A DNA stretch of 64,000 nt from Selaginella moellendorffii (Eukaryota; Plantae; Lycopodiophyta): NCBI RefSeq assembly GCF_000143415.4, contig NW_003314269.1, positions 1,991,544 to 2,055,543 on the forward strand. The letters run 5' to 3'. A program made the translations under genes and the position numbers. Position 1 is the first letter of the stretch. Every line of letters starts with the position of its first letter. Under the pieces are notes generated by a model. It was not told the DNA's origin and ran no database searches. It was given only the letters and a program-made list of their open reading frames with translations. This document shows, in pieces, positions 57,841 to 64,000 of the stretch.

Positions 57841-58781
57841 CTATAGCTGGTCAAGGAGTTCTTGGAGTCCGGTAGTGCAGCTCAGTTGAACCTAGTATCA
57901 ACAGATAAGATGAATTCTACGAGAATAAAAAGGATTGAAAATGCGATCTCACAATTGGGTGCACCACCAGCTCCGCATGGGTTCGTGGCGGGTTGAGCTC
58001 AATCGAATCAACCTCGTAGCCCAGCGCCTTGATGTGCTCCAGCGCGGAGACGAGCGCCGCTTGTTCCACCCTGACGCGAATTCTCGTGCCGCTGCTGCCG
58101 CTGCTCGTCTGCTGCTGCTGCTGCTGCTGCTGCTCCGGCTGCTTGGAGGTGATGGAACCCTCGCCGCGCTCCGATCGACTGGCAGCGCAGTCCGTCCGTA
58201 GCTCCTGGACGTATCGTATCGCGCCTTGAAGGATGGACAGCTTGTCTCTCTGTTTGGTCGGAGATGAGATGAGAGCTCCGAGGAAATGAAATCTAAAGAG
58301 CTATGTATCTTACCTTGGTGGGGAATGGCAGGAGCGACTTGAGCGCTGCGAGAAGCTCGGCCTCGCGCCGCCTCCTCTGCCTCTCGGCGATCATGTGGCG
58401 GCTCCGGATGGGGGAGAAGTTCTCCTCGTTTTGCAGGCCGGATTCCTGGTCGGAAACCATGCCTTCATCCTGCTGTTGCTGCTGCCGCTGCTGATTTTCT
58501 CGGTGTGGTTGTTGCTGGAATTGTTGCTGATTGTGGAGTCTCTGTTGCTGCTGGAGCTGGATCTCTTCATCCTGCTGTTGCTGCTGTCGGTGCTGATTTT
58601 CTCGGTGCGGTTGTTGCTGGAATTGTTGCTGATTGTGGAGTCTCTGTTGCTGCTGGAGCTGGATCTCTTCTTCCTGCTGGATCTGCTGCTCGAAATCGAA
58701 GAGCAGCCGCTGGATCAAGTCGCCCATCTCTCCGCGATTGCTCTGCTGCGCCCCTTGCTCGTGGAGGAGATTACTCTCCAT
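57841..58781 (-). CDS. Gln-rich bHLH transcription factor, bHLH041/092 (subgroup IVd)-like, 3 exons
   Basis: HMIAERQRRRREAELLAALKSLLPFPTK|RDKLSILQGAIRYVQEL, then an ACT-like C-terminus. The last exon is inferred (alternative unspliced stop at 57917). Confidence 0.82.
58465..58670 (-). repeat. 102-bp in-frame tandem duplication (34 aa, Gln-rich)
   Basis: EEIQLQQQQRLHNQQQFQQQPHRENQ(H/Q)RQQQQQD occurs twice. Confidence 0.95.
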
Positions 58782-59190
58782 ATCTTGGCTCGAGCTCCAA
58801 AATCTGGGGCTGAATCAAAATCAGCTCCTGGCGCTGATCTGTCTCCCTTTGTCCCAGATTGTCGCAATGGATTGTGGAAGCTCTGCTCTCCTTGGAGCGC
58901 TTATAAAGTCCAGGGAGTGGGCAGCTGCCAGGAAGCTTCCTGACGCACCAACGTCATCGCTGTGAACGCATCTGGGTCGTCGAAAGCATTCGCGTGCCCC
59001 AATGCAAAGGCGCACGTTGTTCTTGCGAGCAAAGACATTTCCAAACATACGAGCGACAAACGGAATGGATCAAAGCGTGGTAATTTGAGAGTCAAAACGT
59101 TTTACAGAAATCCCCTTTTCTTTGATAAGAACAGAGTCAAGAAAAGAACATTTGGAGAGCAAACACCAAACGAATCTTTTCTCGCCATTT

Positions 59191-60200
59191 TCAATCGTAG
59201 CTAGCATTCAAAAACTTCAAGAGCTCGTTGCGCTTCGTCTCCGCAGCTCTGTCTTCTTTGCTCTTTTCAACCTTGAGTTGAATCTGAAAAAAAAAAGGAA
59301 AAACAAGAGCCCCACAGTGAAACAGACATCACAAAATCGAAAGAACCAACCAGTCACGGACCTTTTTACCCGAAACAACGCTTCGACGAACGCCGTCGTC
59401 CTTTGTCCGACCCAGGAACTGTTGCCACAAGGAGAATAGCATATCTTAATCCCAGAAACGCAAGAAAAAAAGAACCAAAATTACCTTGGACAATTGCACG
59501 GGACCATTGCTTTCATCGCTCGATTTCTGCGTGTAGCTCCAGAGTTGCCAAGAGGAAAAAAAATATAAGAGCCCCCACATTCACAGCAGCATCAAAGGAG
59601 TAAGGTCCCATGATGCCATACGTTGGGCAAACAATGTTGCAAACCACAGCTCCGATGACGGAACGGCCCAATGCATAGGCAGCAAACGCGTATCAAAATC
59701 CTTGCTCTAAACAAAAAAAGAATCGTACCTCCCGCTTGTGCTTCCTGCTCTTGTGCTTGTGATTTCTCTCCTTCAAACCATCCTAGAAAGCCAAAGAGAG
59801 ATTTTTACAAAGGGGGACAAGGAGAAAGGAAACAAATGACCTTCTTGTGTGATCTGTGAAGCTTCTCCTTCTTCCTGCGCTTCCGCTTCTCGGAATCGTA
59901 ATCGGTGTCACTCTCGCTGCTCGAAGCATCACCTCTGCCATGGATCGAAGAGCTCGAGGTCAACAATCACGCACTACAAGCAAAGAAAAGAAGGACTAAC
60001 CGGTGCTTTCGCTTCGCGCGTCTCATCCGGCCACCGCCGCTGTGTGCATCGCTGTCGGAGGAGCTGCTGCTGCTGGCGCCGCTGCTGCCGTCGGCGGAGC
60101 TCGCGTCGTGGCGGCGGCTGTGCTTCCTGCGGCGATGCTTGAGGTGGTGATGCCGCGACAGCGATTCCGAAGAGCCGGAAGTCGAAGAAGACACCGCCAT
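59191..60200 (-). CDS. Conserved uncharacterised Lys/Arg/Ser-rich nuclear protein, 6 exons
   Basis: S/H/K/R-rich N-terminus; spliced C-terminus GPVQLSKFLG..DDGVRRSVVSGKKIQLKVEKSKED..KRNELLKFLNASYD*. Confidence 0.75.
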
Positions 60201-60397
60201 TGCGAGACCACAAAAACCCTAGACTAGAACTAGGGCTCTTGAGGCACACTAAGATTAGCACAATCCTAGCCGTTGCTAACATAATTCCGGAGAATATCCA
60301 CTCATGTCACAGTATATTCGCTTCAATTGAGATGTACAGTCGTTTCGTTTATTTTCTTCTAAAAAATTTGGCCATTTTTCTCTCCAAACTTTTAGGA

Positions 60398-63300
60398 TCA
60401 TCTGTGAGATCCTCCGTCGTAGATTGTCCTCGTGTTGTAGGAGCCACACTTTTGGCACTTGTGGTATAGCCAGTGGAATGGCGCTGTTCCTTTTTGCTCG
60501 CAATCGTTGCAGAGTATGTCCTGGAACAAACAAACTTTAGAGCACACTTTCCTTTGGTTGTGAGATTTTCACCTGGACGCGGCCCTGGTATTCCTCCGGA
60601 AGTTGCTCAGCCGCCAACAAAGCGTCCAGCATCCCGAAGTAAACCTGGATCATTGTCGAGTGTTAAGAAACGATCGACCGCAATACAAAGAGAGAGCGAG
60701 ATAGAGAACTTACCGCCATATCTCCCAAGGATTTGCAACAGACGGGGCATGTATAGTGGCAGCAAGAGTATGCCTGTCGCTCCAAATTGTCAGACAAGAA
60801 GTGAATGAGAAAATCTGGAAATGATACCTGGAAACAGTCGGAGTGCATGAAGTGATTGCAAGGAAGAGCTTTCACGGGGCTGCTTGATGTGAAGAGAAAG
60901 TCATGGCAAATCGGACAGTTCGATTCCAGGCCTTTCTCCCTGCACTTGTGGTCCTTCAAGGACACGTGCATGCACGCATTGCAGGTCATGCAATGGAAAT
61001 AGTCGATGCCCAGGCCCTTCCCCTTTCTGCAGAGGTTGCAAAAGGGGCAGTGATAGATGTCCCTGAGAAAGATCGAAAGCCAAAGGATTAGAAAAACGAT
61101 TCTCTGCGAGTATGAAACTGGCTCTGACCTTGTGTCGTCATCGAAGAACTTGCAAATGTTGCAGTAATACCTGGCCATTCTGAAGCCGGAGCATTCAGGA
61201 TTGTGACAGGATTCTGCGACTGGTTGTACTTCAAGGCACTGCATACACAGCATTTCCTTCGTTTCATGCCTGCTATTAAAAAACAAGAGACTGCTGAGTA
61301 TCTGCTTGATAACCGAAACAGCACAAGAGTACCTGTTCATGGGATGGTCACTCGCTCTGTCATGACAAAACCGGCAAACGAAAAGCGAGCCACAGCAAGC
61401 GGCCCGAATCTTGCAGTTCCTTTTGTAGTGCTCGCAACCGTATATACCTTTGACGGGATCATGATAGGACCGGCTGCGCCCAGGAATGTCTTCAGACGTA
61501 TCTGTTTCTTGTAAAGAATGCTGCTGAGCGGCAATCCAGCGACTGAAAAGAAAAGAAAGTATTAGAAATGGTGACAATCAGCGGGCAAGCTACATAAAAC
61601 TTGAGAGGAGCTAACCTGGTCATCAAATTTTGTATAAGGTACGCTTTCCTCCGAGGATCCAGGGAACTGTCACTAGAAACCTTACGGATGGCAGCCTCTA
61701 GTTCCTTCTGGTTCATTCTAAAGATGTACTGCCATCCCGGTTTAAACTTTCCTGTGTCCGCTTCAAGCTTTTGCGGTTTGTCCTTCTCGTCACTTCTCAT
61801 GCAGCAGTGTTGAGCGGCATCGTACTTTGAGCAACTTTTGCAGCTTTCAGATTTAGTATCAGAGTCACCAGGTTCTTCCGGCTCAAGAGTCTCGCCCGAC
61901 TCCCCTTCGTCGTCTTGCACGGTAGACTCCTTTGTCGAATCTTTGGCAAAGTAATCAGCCACCAGTTGCAAGGACTCGCTAGAGCCGGAAGGTGGTGTCG
62001 AAGGATCCCTTGTAGCTGGAGGAGACGAGGGAGACGACTTAAGTGAGCTATCTCCCCACCACGCGCTCAGCCATTTGTCAAACATCGTGTTTTTCGTAGC
62101 TTGTCTCCAAGACTCCATCATCCCAGTTTGCTCACCATCTGTGAGAGCCGCCGTAACCCATGGGATCATTGATTGTAAAACCTCTGCACCTGTAGTCCCG
62201 ACTATTCTACCAACTATCCTATCCTGCTCCTCAAAAGTGAAATGCCTGTCAAAAAGAGGCCAGAGTTCAAGTTCCTCCCTTGCAACATGATGATCCAGGC
62301 TACACCGGACGGACTTGCACATGCCTTGAAGCTTCTGAGCCAAGTCTCCCCGTTTCTCTCGAATAGCGTTGATGTTCGATTTCTCGAGCAGGCAATCCGG
62401 GATATAGAGACGTGATAACTCTTCCAGAAATCTCGCAATCTCTTCAAAAAGGTGCTGCTCCTGTTTATGGTCCAACGAGTACGAGTGGCTGACGTTGTGA
62501 AGAGCTTCTTTCTCTTCCAAGGCTGGAAAAACGATGTCGTCTTCGGCGTTACTGTGGGCTTTGTAGAGACCCCATAAGAAGTGAAACCGTCCAGTGAACT
62601 GCCTGAGGAACGTTTCGTCACAACTGTCTAGCTTGGCAGACTCCAAGTCCAAGTACTCCATGTCTTTCCGAATGGCTTTGTGGAACTGAAATATATGGTC
62701 GATCGGCTTTGGTTCTACTGGTAACGTGCTGTCAACTTTCCCCCAACCAAAGAGACTGCATCCCAAAGAAGAGCTTTTCGGAGAGCTGAGCGGCTTGCGG
62801 ACAGGAACTCTGGCAATCCCAAGGTTTGGACATTTCATTCCCAGTCCTGGGACGCAACACTGCTTCAATACAGCATTTTTGCAAGACGTCGAAGAGCCTT
62901 CACTGTCTCCAACATCTCGAGGGCGCTTTGACCTTGTAGAGCCGGCAGACGAAGTACTTTCCTCATTGCTGACCTGCTCAAGCTCCAGCATTTTCACAGG
63001 ACACTCGTGTGCTTCCCCGGAATATATACACTTGAAACTGTCTGAGTTTTGACGGTACCCCTTGCATGCCCAGCCGGAAAAGAGCGCAACAAGGTGCTTG
63101 TCAGAAACCGGTGCTGCATAATAAAACGCCAATAAGAAAGTAACATCAACACAAAATAGAATACATGAAAATAAATAGAGCTACCTGCCAGACACATATG
63201 GTGCAGCATATCTCTGGTTTCCTTGTCACTTTGCATTTCCACAAACCAAGGTAAAACTCGTTCAAGCATTCTCAAAGGCATAACTCTTAGGCTTCGGTAT

Positions 63301-64000
63301 AAAAGAACACGTTGCTCCTCAATCGTGCAATGCTCTTGAGCGAGAGAAATCAACTATATCACGAAACTAAAGAAGTCAGCTCATGGAAACCACATAGACA
63401 CGATGATACCTTGAGCTCCGGGTTGAAGTAGTGCTCCCGTATGGTTTGAATAACGTACTCTACCTCAATACAAAGCTCATCGGCTTTCCCTTCAAGGTGT
63501 CCAATGGCTAGAATGCCATCCGCTAAACGTTGAACCATTTCCAGGTGTTGGTTATCTTCTTCAACGTTTGCTCTCTGACCAACTGCCGGACTGAGTACTT
63601 TATCTTCCGCAGCACTGACCAAAAAAGATAATTAACAAGTTCGAAGCATTATAGAAAACCATACCTATGGAAGATACACACTTCGACCAGAAACCTCAGC
63701 CGGTCCACGAACGAAGACAATGTAGATGGCGACGCAGACCGCAATAGTTTAACCTCCTCCGCGAGCCTCTCCATGTCCTTCTTGATAGCATCGTTCCACA
63801 AAAGCAATTTGTTTATAGGAAATTTGCGTTGGTGGTCTCCTGATAAGTCATCCGGTTGTAAGGCCTCCTGTTCCATACTTGACATTTTCGTGCCCGAAGT
63901 CTCCCTTCCTTTTAGCCATGCAAAAATCACCTGCAATGGCCTATCTGAACGCCGGTGATAGAATAGAGTTAGTCCATACCTGTTGGAGAAGGTGTTCACT
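60398..64000 (-). CDS. BTS: BRUTUS/HRZ-like hemerythrin, CHY-zinc-finger and RING E3 ligase; 5' part lies beyond the window end
   Basis: Hemerythrin PIDHIFQFHKAIRKD..HSNAEDDIVFPALE; FRMNQKELE; CHY GCEHYKRNCK; RING CPICHDFLF..CNHFMH..CPVC; terminal zinc ribbon CNDC..HKCQKCGSYNT. Confidence 0.94.

Noticed and set aside
57841-64000. Iron-homeostasis cluster (BRUTUS next to a bHLH)
   Set aside because: The bHLH resembles subgroup IVd (bHLH041/092), not the IVc/Ib iron regulators, and an unrelated gene lies between them.
1-64000. tRNA, rRNA, U12-type introns or a biosynthetic gene cluster
   Set aside because: None recognised by eye. ATCCTT-type donor matches fall outside introns and the neighbouring genes are functionally unrelated.

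Overview
Eukaryotic plant nuclear DNA, not prokaryotic. Genes are densely packed with very short (about 45-70 nt) GT-AG introns, and the window includes a flagellar radial-spoke gene and a nuclear mitochondrial-type rps13. Together these point to a seed-free vascular plant, most likely the lycophyte Selaginella (inference). Gene-rich blocks at 1-7.3 kb, 27.8-40.7 kb and 44.0-64.0 kb encode a subtilase, SLC35F/EamA transporter, Tm-1-like protein, CSN5, uS13m, GPI-anchored LTP, NPH3/BTB, CAN nuclease, TRF2/HOY1-PH-like protein, OTU-like protein, PrxIIF, G-alpha, two bHLHs, two broken F-box genes, DUF4091/GH123-like, GDSL, RSP11-like, a K/R/S-rich unknown and BRUTUS-like. Two transposon islands (7.4-27.7 kb and 41.7-43.9 kb) could be resolved by eye. 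They hold several copies of one short-LTR Ty3/gypsy family with a tRNA-Ala-like PBS. Inserted into or between these copies are three long solo LTRs carrying hexamer arrays, an apparently complete hAT DNA transposon (16-bp TIRs, 8-bp TSD, intact 3-exon transposase) and a tandem TRIM-like element. The most notable items are the intact hAT with a duplicated promoter module, a spliced uORF abutting the start codon of an R/B-type bHLH, the presequence-less nuclear rps13, and the array-bearing solo LTRs. Exon structures were spliced by hand and no database search was run.
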